Assembly: GCA_977017645.1 (NCBI GenBank)
Contig: OZ360235.1
Location: 66,030,001-66,094,000 of the forward strand
Source of the DNA: Torpedo marmorata
Taxonomy: Eukaryota
DNA: 64,000 bases
Reading direction: 5' to 3'
Of this stretch, positions 12,189 through 25,451 are shown piece by piece; the stretch's first letter is position 1, and each line of letters starts with the position of its first letter. A model generated the notes under the pieces. The model saw only the letters and a list, made by a program, of their open reading frames with translations. It was not told the DNA's origin and ran no database searches. The position numbers and the translations under genes are program-made.

Positions 12189-12948
12189 TACCTCACTTTC
12201 TCTTCTTTTGTACTAATTTATTTTTAATTGTAATTTATAGCAATATTTGCACCTGTAATGCTGCCGCCAAACAACAAATTTCGTGACCTGTTCATGACAA
12301 TAAATTCTGATTCTGATCCTAGAAAGTGAAGAATCTGGTTTTTCAGTTCTTCATGGTAATGCAACTTGATATGTTTACTCTTTATTGGCTGTATTTCCTT
12401 TGTCCTTTCCCTTGAACTAAGTTCTGATGCATTGTTGTATTTTCTGGAAACTGTCCTTTCACCTATGGAGATAACTACAGCTGTATCAGCCACGGAAGGT
12501 GCTTCTGCTATTCCAGGCCAGAGGCCAAGGAATGGTGATGGGGGTAAAATAAGAGCCTGGGAATAATGGAGAAGAAAAGAAGAAGAACTATAATTGAAAA
12601 GGGAGGAGGTAGTGTGGAGCTGGTTTTGGGAAAGGAGAAGTCACCTGAAATGGTGCTGAATAAGAATCAGAGTCTGGCAGAGGGAATGCCCATAAGTATC
12701 AGCAGTATGAACTTGAGACAAGGAAGAGGGAGAAATCTGGCAGCATGGATTGAAAGGGAAAATAAAAGAAAGTGTGGTTGTGTAGGGTTAACAACAGGAA
12801 CTGAAAGCAGAGATATGGGAGAAGAATAATGGTATTCACCAAATTGGGGAGGAGTGGCAGCATCAACTGAAAGGGGAAATGAAGGAGAAAAATATCTGCA
12901 CGAATGAAGGAAAGATGATTGAAATTATTTTTTTTCCAACCTGCATAG

Positions 12949-13148
12949 CTATTCGTTTTGGACGAATGCCACAATCTGAAAAGGAGAAATTAAAAGCAGC
13001 GATTCTAACACTCGAGCAAGATGTACAGAATTCACAGATGGCTGATCTTGTATCTCTTGCCAAACATATGTATGAGGCCTACTTAAAGAATTTTAACATG
13101 AATAAGACCAAAGCCAGAGCTATTTTGACAGGAAAAGCTCATGTCCCG
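12949..13148 (+). CDS. PPARA: PPAR-alpha exon, hinge and LBD helices 1-2
   Basis: tag/gtaagt boundaries. Reads (A)[20 protein letters not shown]...[26 protein letters not shown]. Confidence 0.96.
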
Positions 13149-14224
13149 GTAAGTCAAAATTATTTTCTCCAAATTAACCAAGAAATAACATAATTTGAAT
13201 GTAGATGAAAAACTTGGTTATTTGATACAACTATGTTACTCATCAATCACCCCTTTGTTTTACCCACTTCTTCCAATGTTCATTACCTTGCTTTTTTGTT
13301 TTGAAATCCATTTCTCATACATTGTCAAATACAGTTAATAATAAAATGTTACAAAGTGCGCTGTAGAATGAGGCCATTTGGTTCATTATATCTGTGCTGG
13401 CTGTTTGTAAGGTGGTGATTCTTAGACCTGCATTCTTTTTGTCCATTATCCACTAGGTTTCTCATCCTCAAGTACCTATCCTACTCCCTTCTAAAGTTAC
13501 TTAGGGAATCCGCTTCCACCCACTTTTTCAGGTAATGCCCAATAATTCTGAGAAGACATTCTCTGGGTTTCTTCCCAATAATTTTAAATCTATGACACCT
13601 TGTTGCTGATATCAATCATAATAACCACTTGACAGAGGGGGTAAAAATGATCAAAGCTCAAACTTTCTGTTGAATTGTTGGAAGTGAGATTTGCATTTTG
13701 AGATCAAGCAATCCACTCAAAATAGTGAGACTGCTGAAGGAAAAATGAACTGCTCATACATTTTATATTCTTTCTCCTCCCAGCTACTGTTCTCTTGCCT
13801 ATCACCTTGCCATGCAGGCATTCCGATGAAAAGAAAATGAGGCACAAAATGGTGGGCAACACTCAGAGAATTAAGAGATAATGCAAATTATGAATTTCAT
13901 TGTAATTTTGTTTTTTCAAAGTTCGGTAGTGTGGAAAGTGTTGTAAATTTCTGGCCTCTGATCACGTTCTGGAACAAATTGAAAGTGTAACAGCTCAAAA
14001 TATATTTAAAAGATAAGTACCGGTATATCCAAAAAAATTGAGAACTTTTAAATTTAATATTTTGTTATTTCCAGTGGAGGAGATTTGTTCTCTTTGTAAG
14101 TTGATCATGAATGGCAGATATTCATGATCAGCATGGGGCACTATTGGTCTACAAAATTTAAACTGCTTTCATTGTTTGGTTATTATTTTCCCAAATGACC
14201 TACATGTTCTCCTTTTCCTTGTTG

Positions 14225-14525
14225 TCCAAGTACATACATGACATCACATACAACCCTGAGATTCTTTTTTCTGTGGGGCAGACAGAATTTCTACTTATCA
14301 GTAATTGTAAACTTTACTCAAGAAGAAAAATATGTATACAAAAGAGGGAAATGTAAACAAATAAAGAAATGTAAACAAACTGTGCTATACAGAAAAAAAA
14401 AAATTCAGTAATGAATAATGTGCAAAGTAAGAGTCCTGAAATTAGTCTCTGATAGAGTTTGTTGTTTAGGAGTCTGATGGTGGAAGGGTAGCAACTGTTC
14501 CTGAACCTGGTGGTATGAGTCTTTT
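14225..14525 (-). mobile_element. Rex1-like LINE 3' fragment
   Basis: The minus-strand translation KTHTTRFRNSCYPSTIRLLN matches the C-termini of other Rex1 copies here (DSFFPAAIRFLN). Confidence 0.65.
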
Positions 14526-15028
14526 TCCTTATGTCTTGGTTGGTTTTCATAAACTAGCTAATTAATATCACCCAACACCATTGACTGATCTTGATAGCTG
14601 TTTTTTTTTTCTTTTCATATGTTTATGTTTTCATTGTGGCAAGTGCCTCTCTGAGAGATGTGCTTTCAGTATGGAAAAATAGATCCATTATTGATTAGAT
14701 TTTCCATTTTCAGTAATTCCAGGATATATAAATGCACTAATTTACCTCAAATAAAACCAAGTTCATCTGTGATTCTGTTAAGAATTCCACTCAGTGGGCC
14801 TTTATTGCTGCTGTGAATATCTATACATCTGATGTACATTCATCTGATGTACATATATCTATACATCTGATTTAATTGAACTCTGCCTGCTTTTGTACTT
14901 GTCTCGATTCTTCAGTATTCACTTGTACATTTGCCAAAATAAATACTTGAATGATTTTCCTTTCTTTTGCAATTTTTATGGAGAAGAAAGTGACAATATT
15001 TACTAATTTTTGAATAATAAATTTTCAG

Positions 15029-15476
15029 CCTTTTGTCATTCATGACATGGAAACGTTACGCCTTGCAGAAGAAAATTTAGTATCAAAGCAAGCAGGAAAT
15101 GGAATCCAGAACAAAGAAGCCGAAGTTAGAATTTTTCATCGTTGTCAATGTACATCAGTGGAAACCGTAAGGGAACTGACAGAATTTGCAAAAAGTATCC
15201 CTGAATTTGTCAATCTTGATCTCAATGATCAAGTGACCCTATTAAAATATGGAGTTTACGAGGCCATGTTTGCCATGTTGGCATCTATTATGAACAAAGA
15301 TGGGCTGCTGGTGGCCTATGGGAATGGTTTTATGACTCGAGAATTTTTAAAAAGTTTGCGGAAGCCTTTTAATGAAATAATGGAGCCTAAGTTTGAATTT
15401 GCCATGAAGTTCAATGCATTAGAGTTGGATGACAGTGATTTGGCTCTCTTTGTGGCTGCCATCATTCTTTCTGGAG
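15029..15476 (+). CDS. PPARA: PPAR-alpha exon, ligand-binding domain core
   Basis: cag/gtaag boundaries. Reads [10 protein letters not shown]...[30 protein letters not shown]...LLKYGVYEA...[12 protein letters not shown] (Tyr) and LVAYGNGF are alpha-type. Confidence 0.97.
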
Positions 15477-17797
15477 GTAAGAATGAGTAACACAAGTTGA
15501 GTATCATTTTATTGAACAATACCTCTTTACCTGTTGAAATTAAATACTCGAGTGTTCAGTCTATTAGACTTTACAGAAAAAATGTTAATACTCTTAACAG
15601 CAACATAATCCAGGATAATTGTCAAATTAATTTTTCAATGACATTGCTTCGGTCTTGCATATCCAGAATGCAGAGATAAGAAAGCAGTATTCACCACCCA
15701 TGTATGGACAATAAAAATCCAAATTAGAATTGGATTTAGGATTTAGACTGAGTTCCTCCTGCATTTTGTTGTTTCTCCAGTTTGCCAGCATCTGCAGTCT
15801 CTCTTGTTTCAAATTGAAATGTTTTCCATAGAATTGTTTGAATTCTGCAATTTGGCTCATGTATAGCTGTAGTTTACACATTAAGTTCTGTAGCAATACA
15901 AGGTCGATTGTCTCTATGTTGATTAAAAGTAGCACTGTGAACAATATTGTTGTAAAGGAGTCATAAATAGTTTCATTCACAGAGGAAAGAAGATAGCATT
16001 GTTTTTTTTTAAAACTCTTATTGTTTTTCTTTAATCTTCTGTTGCTGGACAATGTTCAGTACAGCGCTGCCATATCCAGTCTGTTCACATTTATAGTTCA
16101 CATTTTAAAATATTCGATTCAGTTCATTCAGTTTCCTCTAGCTTATTTGTGATCAGATAAATGCATGATGAAATTTGTGAGAAATTGTGAATATGAGTGG
16201 TAAATGAATTAGATTAAGAACAAGTAACAAATTGATGATCTTTTATATGTTAATTATAAATAACTGTTGAAAGAAACTGGCATCAACCTGTCTTAAAGAA
16301 ACATTTTCTACATCTATGATATTGCTTAAGAACAAATGAATACTTTACATAAGTGTGTATCTTTTTAAAATCCCATAAAAATGAAATAATTGGGTTTACT
16401 TTATTAGACAATACAACAATTTTATCATGAGTTTAGATTTTCAGAATGTACTGTGCTATTTTGTATTTCACGTGAAGTTAAAATTTTATTTTGGCACTAT
16501 TTGGTGAATTTGATAAAATGGCAAGATATCAAGTTCATTAGTCCACCATTGAAACAGTGGACAATAAGATAAATGCCATTTATGATTGTCAGTGAATATA
16601 TTTGTGTGCCAGGATAGAAACATAGGACTTTGAAATTATTGGCCTTTCTACCTAATCTTTCTCCATGTTATACAGGTATATCCAAACTATTTTGAAGCAA
16701 TAGGCAAAAATATATATGCTAGTGTTTTATTGTGCAATGTATGTCTGTGTAAATATTCAAGAATTAGTAAACATGTGTTGGCTTCATTGAATATATTTTA
16801 TAATAATGGATCCAGGAAGTCCAGTGATGATTCAAATTGGAGCAAATTAGAATTAAAGAAGTGTTGTGCCTCAGAAAGAGGCCATTCTGGATGTGGTGTC
16901 CATGCCATTTCTATTTAGAGTGATCCAGTCATTCCTATTTTCTGTCTGTGTTTCCATCAAAAATCTTCTTGACCTTCTTTGTTCCAGACCAACCCAAGTC
17001 AGAACTCGTCATTTGAGGTAACTCCCTAGAAATATTGGAATGAATCTATTCTGTACCCTATCTAGGACCTACGTATCCTTGCTAAAGATATGTGATTAGA
17101 ATTGGATGCATTTGAAATTAAATGTACTACAGTTTCAAATGTAGTACATTTGAAACTAAACCTTGTAGGTATTCTTATTAGCATTCTCAATAGCTACAAT
17201 TGCACTTTGATATTTTATTCAAAAATATTTGATCAGAATTTCTCTGAATTTTTTGTTTGCCCCTTTTGATCGTTTGATTTCAAATGTATGATGAATCTTT
17301 TATCTTTTTTCTCAAAGCCCCATTTTAACTTTCACACAGCAGTTGAACAGATTTTAGCATTGTTTTGTTAACCTGCATTTTAATAATATCTGATGGTAAT
17401 ATCATTTTTTGAAAAATGCATGTTTACATTTTTCCAAAAAATCCACAGTGAAATCAGTATTTCTTTGCATACAATTCAATGTTATATTATGAGTCATATA
17501 TTTATGATCAAAATATGATCAAAATACTTTACAATTGTAAATCCTTACAATATGCAGGAAAATTGGTTGAATTATTTCCATTTTTGTCATATTTAGGTAA
17601 TGTATGAATTTTGCATTTTAAAAGCACCAGCTATTTATTAATAAATTCTTTACTGTGCTAAATTTAGGTATAATCAAGAGGCAGGCAGGATGAGATTTAA
17701 GAGTCAGTTGGTATTTGCAAAATGTGCAACAATTGGGTGTAATTTTGGCAATAACTTGCAAATTAATCCCCAGCAGCAATGTCCATCTCATTAAGAT

Positions 17798-19054
17798 GAA
17801 ATATGGAATAAGACGGATAAGGAAATAGGAAGAAAAGGAATGATTTCTCCAAGGATGCCTTTATATCAAAATGAACTTATTCCATTTACTATTAATAATC
17901 AATTATTTAAAATTTGGTTTCAAAAAGGAATTAAGAAAATAAATGATTGTTTTGAAGCTGGGAAATTTATTACTTTTCAAAGAATGAAAGATAAATTCAA
18001 TATATTGGATAATACACTTTTTGCTTATTATCAAATTAGAGCATTTTTGATTGAGAAATTAGGTTATAGTTTGATCTTACCAAGACAGAATGAATTAGAA
18101 TTATTAGTTACTAAAGGAGATGTAAATAAATTTATTTCTCAAATGTATAAATTGTTTCAGAGGAAAACTCCTAAAGTAGGAATTCATAAATCAACATTAA
18201 AATGGGAATTAGATTTGAATATAACAATAGATGAAAATCATTGGAAAGAATTATGTAAATTAAGTATGACGAAGATTATTAATGTTAGATATAGATTAGT
18301 ACAATATAATTTTTTTCATCAATTATATTTAACACCTAAAAAATTAAAGAAATTTAATCCGACATTATCAGGTTTATGTTTTAGATGTAATAAAGAGGAA
18401 GGTTCGTTTATACATTCTACATGGTTTTGTCCAAAAGTTTATGATTTATGGTTGAAAGTTAAAATTTTTTTAGATAAAGTATTTAAGATTACATTTCCAA
18501 TGGATCCTATGATATTTTTGTTTGGAGATATTAGAAAATTTAGTATTAAGATGAAATTAAATATGTATCAAATAGAATTTCTGCGAATTGCTTTAGCTGT
18601 TTCAAAGAAATGTATTGCTATTACTTGGAAATCTGATCTAGATTTAGGGTTAGAAAGATGGCATGCGGAACTTCGTTCATGTATACCACTTGAAAAAATT
18701 ACTTATAATTTACGTAATAAATATAATTTCTTTTTAAAAATATGGAGTCCATATATGAAAGTTGTTGGTTTAAGGATCTGAAGATCTCTGGACATCGGAT
18801 CTACTGGCTACCTGACCTCCATAATAGAATTAGTCCATAGATGTATTTCATTTTTTAGATTGACATTCTCCTTACTCTATCTTTTTCTTTCTTTTCTTTT
18901 ATTTTATTTTATATTTTTATTTTATTAGATTAGTGGGGTTGGGAGGGTTGGGGAGGGGAGGGGGTGAAAATGTATCACAAGTATTTTGATAATTTCATAT
19001 TTTATTTTATGTATTCTGTGATTTAAAATTTTAAATAAAATATTTTTAAAAAAA
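17798..19054 (+). mobile_element. L1-clade LINE, 5'-truncated ORF2 C-terminus and 3'UTR
   Basis: 313-aa ORF with a CFRC..GSFIHSTWFCP zinc knuckle. The 3'UTR has a T-rich and G-rich tract, AATAAA and an A-tail. Confidence 0.92.
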
Positions 19055-19579
19055 GATTAAATTCATATAGTTTAAGAGTGAAATTTCCCAAATTAGGTAA
19101 TAAGACATCTTCATCCATGGACTCCCATTAATTTAGCCTAAGGCACTCTTAGCTACCATCTACTTTACAATATGCTTTTATTCCACTCAATAATGTTAGG
19201 TTATTTATTTCACACTGTAATGCATTACAATCTTGAAATTTGGAATCCTATAATGACCCCATAAAAAGAGCAGTTGACCATGAAATCTGTGTCAGTGATT
19301 TCTCTGCATGAGTTGTCTAGTTCAATTTACTCTTCTGCATAGTTCCCCATAATGTTTTAAGTTTAGCTTTGTTGAACAGCAATTTTCAAGAAAATTAAAA
19401 TTTCACAATCCAACTATCATCATGTTTATCATTAAAAAAACACATCAAAGAAAATTCCATAATTCTAATATCCTCGATATAAAAACATTTCTTCAGCATA
19501 GTACTATAATTCTGCAGTGCAAAAAATTGAAAAGAATTATCACCACTCAACAATAAGAATATAAATTGAAGATCTCTAG

Positions 19580-20325
19580 CAGGTCACATTGTTATCCCTT
19601 GTGGCCACAGGAGGTGCCACACTTGCGCCCACACCTCTTCCCTTACCATGGTCCGGAGCCCCAAACAGGCCTTTCAAGTAAAGCAACACTTCACTTGTGT
19701 ATCCGCAGGACTGATTTACTGCATCCGCTGCTCCCTTTGTGGCCTTCTCTACATCGGAGAGACTGGGCGCAGTTTGGGAGATCGCTTCGCTGAGCACCTT
19801 CGCTCTGTCCGCACCAGTGACAGAGACCTCCCAGTAGCCAACCATTTCAGTTCTGTGTCACACTCTCATATTCACGTGTCTGTCCATGGCCTTATGTACA
19901 ATCCCACCAAGACCACCCGCAAATTGGAGGAACAACACCTGATTTTCCGTCTGGGCACTCTCCAGCCAGATGGCATTAACATCGACTTTTCCGGTTTCTG
20001 TTAACCTGCTCTCCTCTTCCCCCTCCCCCTTCCCTTCCCCTTTCCAGTTCTCCTCCCTTCCTTCCCTCTCTATTCACCTAGCCATCCCTCCTCCCTTCTC
20101 CACCTATCACCTCCTGCCTTTGCAACCACACCTCACCCCCCCCCCCCCACTCTTTTGTTCGGATGCCTACCGACATTTTTCCATACCTTGATGAAGGGCT
20201 CAAGCCCGCAACGTCGGTTATGTATTTTTACCTTTGCTATATAAAGGACACTGCTTGACCTGCTGAGTTTCTCCAGCATTGTGTTTTTACTTCAACCACG
20301 GTGTCTACAGATTTCGTGTTTTATT
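19580..20325 (+). mobile_element. Penelope-like element 3' fragment (GIY-YIG and tail)
   Basis: ORF 19648-20004 reads LIYCIRCSLCGLLYIGETGRSLGDRFAEH...RKLEEQHLIFRLGTLQPDGIN. Confidence 0.9.
20182..20222 (+). ncRNA. Minimal type-I hammerhead ribozyme relic (Penelope-associated)
   Basis: CATACC-TTGATGA-A-GGGC tcaa GCCC-GCAA-CGTC-GGTTATG gives stem I, core, stem II and a palindromic ACGT in place of stem III. GAAA reads GCAA in this copy. Confidence 0.55.
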
Positions 20326-20475
20326 TGTTATCCAGTATCCCTGGGGAAGTAATCTTTACATCTTCTGTCTCTCTCCATAACCAATCCTTACTCCTGGAAA
20401 TATCCTACTGAGACTGCACTGCATGTTTTCTTATTGATTTTCAATCCCAGCAACTGAGAAAACATTGAAACTTTC

Positions 20476-23400
20476 AAAACAGATTTTTATGGTTTTTTGT
20501 AATTGTTATTCCTAAGTATTGGAATTGATCGTTCACTATTTTAAACGGAAAATTGGAATAACCAATAAAAGGTCCTTTTAAAGGCAATAGTTCACTCTCT
20601 TGTAGGTTTAATTTATACCCTGAAAATTGACTAAATTGAGTAAATAAGGTTAATATATTTGGTATAGAGACTTCAGGGTTTGAAATAAATAACAATAAAT
20701 CGTCTGCATAGAGAGATACTTTGTGTTCAATTCTGTTTCTAGTTATACCTTTAAATTCTCTACAATGTCGAAGAGCAACAGCTAAAGGTTCTAATACTAT
20801 ATCAAAAAGCAAAGGACTTAACGGGCAACCTTGTCGGGTTCCTCTATTAAGCCGAAACATATTTGATTGTTGTAAATTAGATTGAACTGAGGCCATAGGA
20901 CAAGAGTATAATAACTTAATCCATTTAATAAAATCAGAACCAAAATTAAATTTATCTAAAATAGCAAATAAATATTCCCACTCCACCCGATCAAATGCTT
21001 TTTCAGCATCTAGTGAAAGGACACATTCCGTCGCTGGAGTAGAAGGTAAATATAAAATATTCAACAATCTATTAATGTTATAATATGAATAACAATTTTT
21101 AATAAATCCAGTCTGATCTGAATCGATAATTAAAGGTAAAATATTTTTTAATCTATGTGCTAATACTTTAGACAAAATCTTCATATCCACATTAAGTAAA
21201 GAAATGGGTCTATAAGATGTGCATTCAGTCGATTCTTTACCCTTTTTAAGAATTACGGAAATACTGGCCTCATTAAAAGATGCGGGAAGCTTACTCTCAT
21301 TAAATGAGTCACCCAGTACCACACTCAGATGAGGTACAAGCTGTTTGGAGAAAGATTTATAAAATTACACAGGAAATCCGTCTGGCCCTGGAGATTTACC
21401 AGACTGTAGTGAGGAAATAGCGAGAGCTATATCCTCTTGAGAAATAGGTTTCTCCAAGCTTGCACGTTCATCCTGAGGTAGTACCGGAAGATTAAATCGA
21501 TCCTAAAATTCCGACATCAAGTCATGATTATTACCAAATTCTGATTTATAGAGGTTAGAATAAAATTCCTTAAAAGTCTCATTTATGTTGTCATTTTTCC
21601 ATCTTTCCTCCTAATCTTATTTATTTGTTTTTTAGCAGAAATTCTTTTTAATTGTCCAGCTAGTAACTTACTAGTTTTTTCTCCATGAATATTAAATAGA
21701 CTTCTACTTCTTAACAATTGTCGTTCAATGGGATAAGTAGAGAGAAGATCAAATTTTGCTTTAAGCTCTACTCTTCTCTTATAAAAATCCGAATTTTTAT
21801 TTTGAGAAAATTGAATGTCAATTTGTTTAATCTGGTTAATTAAATCAGATCGTTCCTTATTAGATTTCTTCTTAATATTAGCAGTATATGAAATAATTTG
21901 TCCTCTCAAATTGGGTATTAGTTAATAAGGTTAAATTACAATTAACGGGTTGGTCACCCTTATCAATTACAATGATGGGCCTTATTAATTCGATTAAAAT
22001 GAATATTTTGCCTAAATTTTTATATTTTTTCCAATCCTTACCAATTTTTATTCCTAAAACCTTTTTTACTTCATTGGATTCGATTCTTTCTTCATATATA
22101 TGGCAGGGAAAACATCCACGTATAAATAAACCCCATCTTCAAAAAATCAGAAGGAATGGAGGGTTATCACTTCCAGATTTTAGATTTTATTATTGGGCGA
22201 TTAATATTCGTAATTTTCTTTTGTTATTGCATTTTGATAAGTCAGAGAATCGCCCATCCTGGGTGGAAATGGAATTGAAGTTTTCAAAATAAACATCTAT
22301 GTTAGCAATTTTAGGATCTTTTTACCATTATCATTTTTTTAAATTAACTCATAACCTGGTATTGAGATATAGGTTGAGAATATGGGCACAGTTTAGAAAT
22401 TTTTTTGGATTTAATAGTTTTTCTCTGGCTAGTCCTATTATAGATAATCACCTTTTCCAGCCGTCTGTGATGGATGTAGGATTTAGGGAATGGTATAGGT
22501 TGGGAATTCATAGTTTTAATGATCTTTTTATTCGAACAATTGGTCAATAAATTTGGGCCACTTTCGAACAATTGGTCAATAAATTTAATCTTACTAATGG
22601 ACATTTTTTTAGATATTTACAAATTAGACATTTTGTTCAGTCTAAGATTTCAGATTTTCCTCGAATTTTAAGTTCTAATTTTCTCGATTTACTTTTTAAT
22701 ATACAGTTCTTTTTCCAACGTGGGTTAACATCATGTATATATAATAATTTATTGGAAATCAGAGTAGCTTCTATGTCGGGGATCAAGAATGAATGGGAAC
22801 ATGATTTGAATGTTACATTTTCAGATCAAGATTGGTATAATGCTCTTGATCTAATTAACGCCTCATCTTTTTGTGCTAGACACTGTTTATTACAATTTAA
22901 AGTGGTACATAGAATTCATATGTCCAAACTTAAACTATCACGTTTTTACACTGACATAGATCCATTGTGTGAGAGATGTAAAATTTTTGAAGCTTCACTG
23001 ATACATATGTTTTGGGAATGCCCCAATTTGGAGAGATTTTGGAAGGATAATTTTAAATCTTTATCATTGATTTTTAAGATTAATATTGAACCATGTCCTA
23101 TAATTGCTCTGTTTGGTTTTTCACGTGAACCTAACATACCTTTGTCTGCATCACAGGAAAAAGTTTTAGCTATTTCCACGTTGATTGCCAGACGGGCAAT
23201 TTTATTGAAATGGAAAGATAAGTTGTCACCGACACATAGACAGTGGTTACTAGATGTAATGTCCTTTCTGAGTTTGGAGAAAATTAGATACAATATTAAA
23301 GATAGAAAGATTCAATTTTTAAAGATCTGGGGGCCATTCATTGAATACTATCATGATTAACAAAACTGACTATCCCGAGGACTCTCTGACCGATGCTTGG

Positions 23401-23615
23401 AGGTCGCTACAGGATCCATACCCTTTTTTTTGTTCTTTTCCTTTTTTTACAACATCAAGGTAACCTTGCTTAGAGGGAGGGGTTAGAATAGATAAGTTAT
23501 TAGTGTTTTTTTTTTCTTTCTTTTTATTTTATTTTCAATTGGGTTTTTTTAAGATAATTATACGGAACTAGAGTTTTAACCTATATTCAGAATTTAGGTA
23601 CGACAATTTACTTAG

Positions 23616-23660
<45 letters not shown>

Positions 23661-23767
23661 CATGTATGAATACCAGCTGATTTTTTGAATGTTTTTCTTA
23701 ATTTTGTTACTCTGTATGCATGTTTATTGTTGAAACTCAATAAAAATATTTTAAAAAGAAAAGAAAT
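20476..23767 (+). mobile_element. L1-clade LINE with 5' inversion (inverted 20476-21909, forward 21910-23767)
   Basis: The minus-strand part carries ORF2 RT (YADD, GTRQGCPLSP). The plus-strand part continues ORF2 to the zinc knuckle, 3'UTR and A-tail. 15/16 TSD AAACTTTCWAAACAGA. Confidence 0.9.
23620..23656. repeat. (TA)n microsatellite in L1 3'UTR
   Basis: Directly visible. Confidence 0.95.
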
Positions 23768-24234
23768 AAACTTTCTAAACAGAACTGAAACGAGAATTTT
23801 CCATTCAAATCGAACTTTTGCAATGCTTACAAATTTGGGTATTACTGTGTCTGATGGATCAGTTTCTTTGGAGCTCTAAATTTTCAGGAATGTCACTTGA
23901 AAATCTCAGAAGATGCTTTTGGCAGTTGATAAAAATCTTTTCTGATACCAACTCTTATATGAATAATCAGTTAAGAAAAGAAAATGCTGCATCTTGTATT
24001 GTGAATCAATTCCTAGAGTAATGTCGTTGCTACCTAATATTGTGAATCCTTTGAATTGTGGATCTAAAAGCTGATTTTTGATATGAGATAGAATGTACAC
24101 AGGGATGTTTGGGAACAGATAATGTTGATGGTAGAGAAGAAGCTGGCCCATGGAGTTGACAAAATCCTTGGACGATGGTTTCAGCAGATGGGGAAGAGTT
24201 GGATAATCAGCACTTGCAGGGTGCCTTTTATTTA

Positions 24235-24893
24235 CCATATATACACATGTAATAGTCAAATTTTGTGGACCAATTTTTAGGGTAAAATTTAGGGGGTCGA
24301 CTATTACGTGCATACTATTTTTGACCGTAGTAAGTACCTGCATCATTCGCGGCGTCAGTTCCGATGGGCAGCCGGGTCCGGGTGGTGAGTCCACGTTCGT
24401 AGCGTCAGGAGCTCGGATGGGCGGGTGGCCGGGACTGGGTGGTGAGTCCGCACTCGTGGCGTCGGGATGGGCGGGCAGGCAAACGGCCGGGATCGGGTGG
24501 TAAGACCACGTTTGGGGCATTGGGAGCTCGGATGGGCAAGGGGCTGGCAGCCGGGACTGGGTGGTAAGTTCACGTTCACGTTCAGGGCGTCGGGAGCTTG
24601 GATGTGCAGGAGGCCGGGGCCTAGGGGAGAGTCCACGGTCGGGACATCAGGAGCTCGGATGGGAGGGCAGCCAGGGCCTAGGGGAGAGTCCACAGTCAGG
24701 GTGACGGGAGCTTGAATAGGCGGGCTGCCGTGGCCTAGGTGAGAGTCCGAGGTCGGGAGCTCCGGTGGGCGGGCGGCCAGGGACAAAAATAGGGGGGTCG
24801 ACTTTTACACTGCTATGGAAAATAACAGATCTTTGGGCCAAAAATAGGGGGTCGACTTTTATATGGCATTGAGTATTACACGCCTATATACGG
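24235..24893. mobile_element. Tc1/mariner (Tc2-like) MITE with internal ~60-bp GC-rich tandem repeats
   Basis: Degenerate TIR CCATATATACACATGTAATA versus TATTACACGCCTATATACGG, with subterminal GGGGTCGACT motifs. Repeated GGAGCTCGGATGGG..GCCGGG..GAGTCCAC units at ~24350-24780. Confidence 0.65.
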
Positions 24894-25451
24894 CAGTAAA
24901 ATGCCTCCAAACACTTCATGGATGCATTAACAAACAAAATTGATATCAAGGCATGTGGAAATGTCAGCACAAATGACCTAAAGCTTGCTTTGAGATAAAT
25001 TGTAATGGAGAGAGCTAAAGAGGTAGAATGGTTAATGGATAAAATTCCAAGATTTAGGCAACTGAAGTATGATCACCAGTGGTAGAATCATTAATGTAAG
25101 GCTTGCCTATGAGATCAAAATTGGATAAGCACAGGGATTTCGGAGGGTTATTGGGCTGCATGAAGTTGTTAGCTTCTGTTTCTATTGGGTCATGGCCAGG
25201 GAGGAAGATGAAGTAAGTAGTTGAGGAGGGAGCTTCTGACAGGGACGAAAGACTAATACTTTCATTTTTCCCTGAAGTTTAAAATAAATTATTATCATAG
25301 AATTTTCACAGCAAAGAAAGAGCCATTTGGCACATCAATCTTTCTCTCCTGGACCACACACAGATGACTTTGCAATTGAAGCTAAAGATTTAATGCTTTA
25401 CAAAAATAAAATGAGAAATTTAGGATTAAATGTTTCATGTTTTTTTAATAG

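Larger units (their letters stand above)
9905..12318 (+). mobile_element. Rex1/Babar-type LINE, 5'-truncated, interrupted by two MITEs
   Basis: [25 protein letters not shown] and YKFADDTTV motifs. Tail CATGACAATAAA(TTCTGA)n. Confidence 0.88.

Noticed and set aside
12224-13063. Short ORFs in the purine-rich intron region
   Set aside because: Low-complexity or antisense to the true exon, with no domains or splice logic.
23906-24841. Pro-rich ORFs of 204 and 143 aa
   Set aside because: By-product of GC-rich tandem repeats within a MITE.
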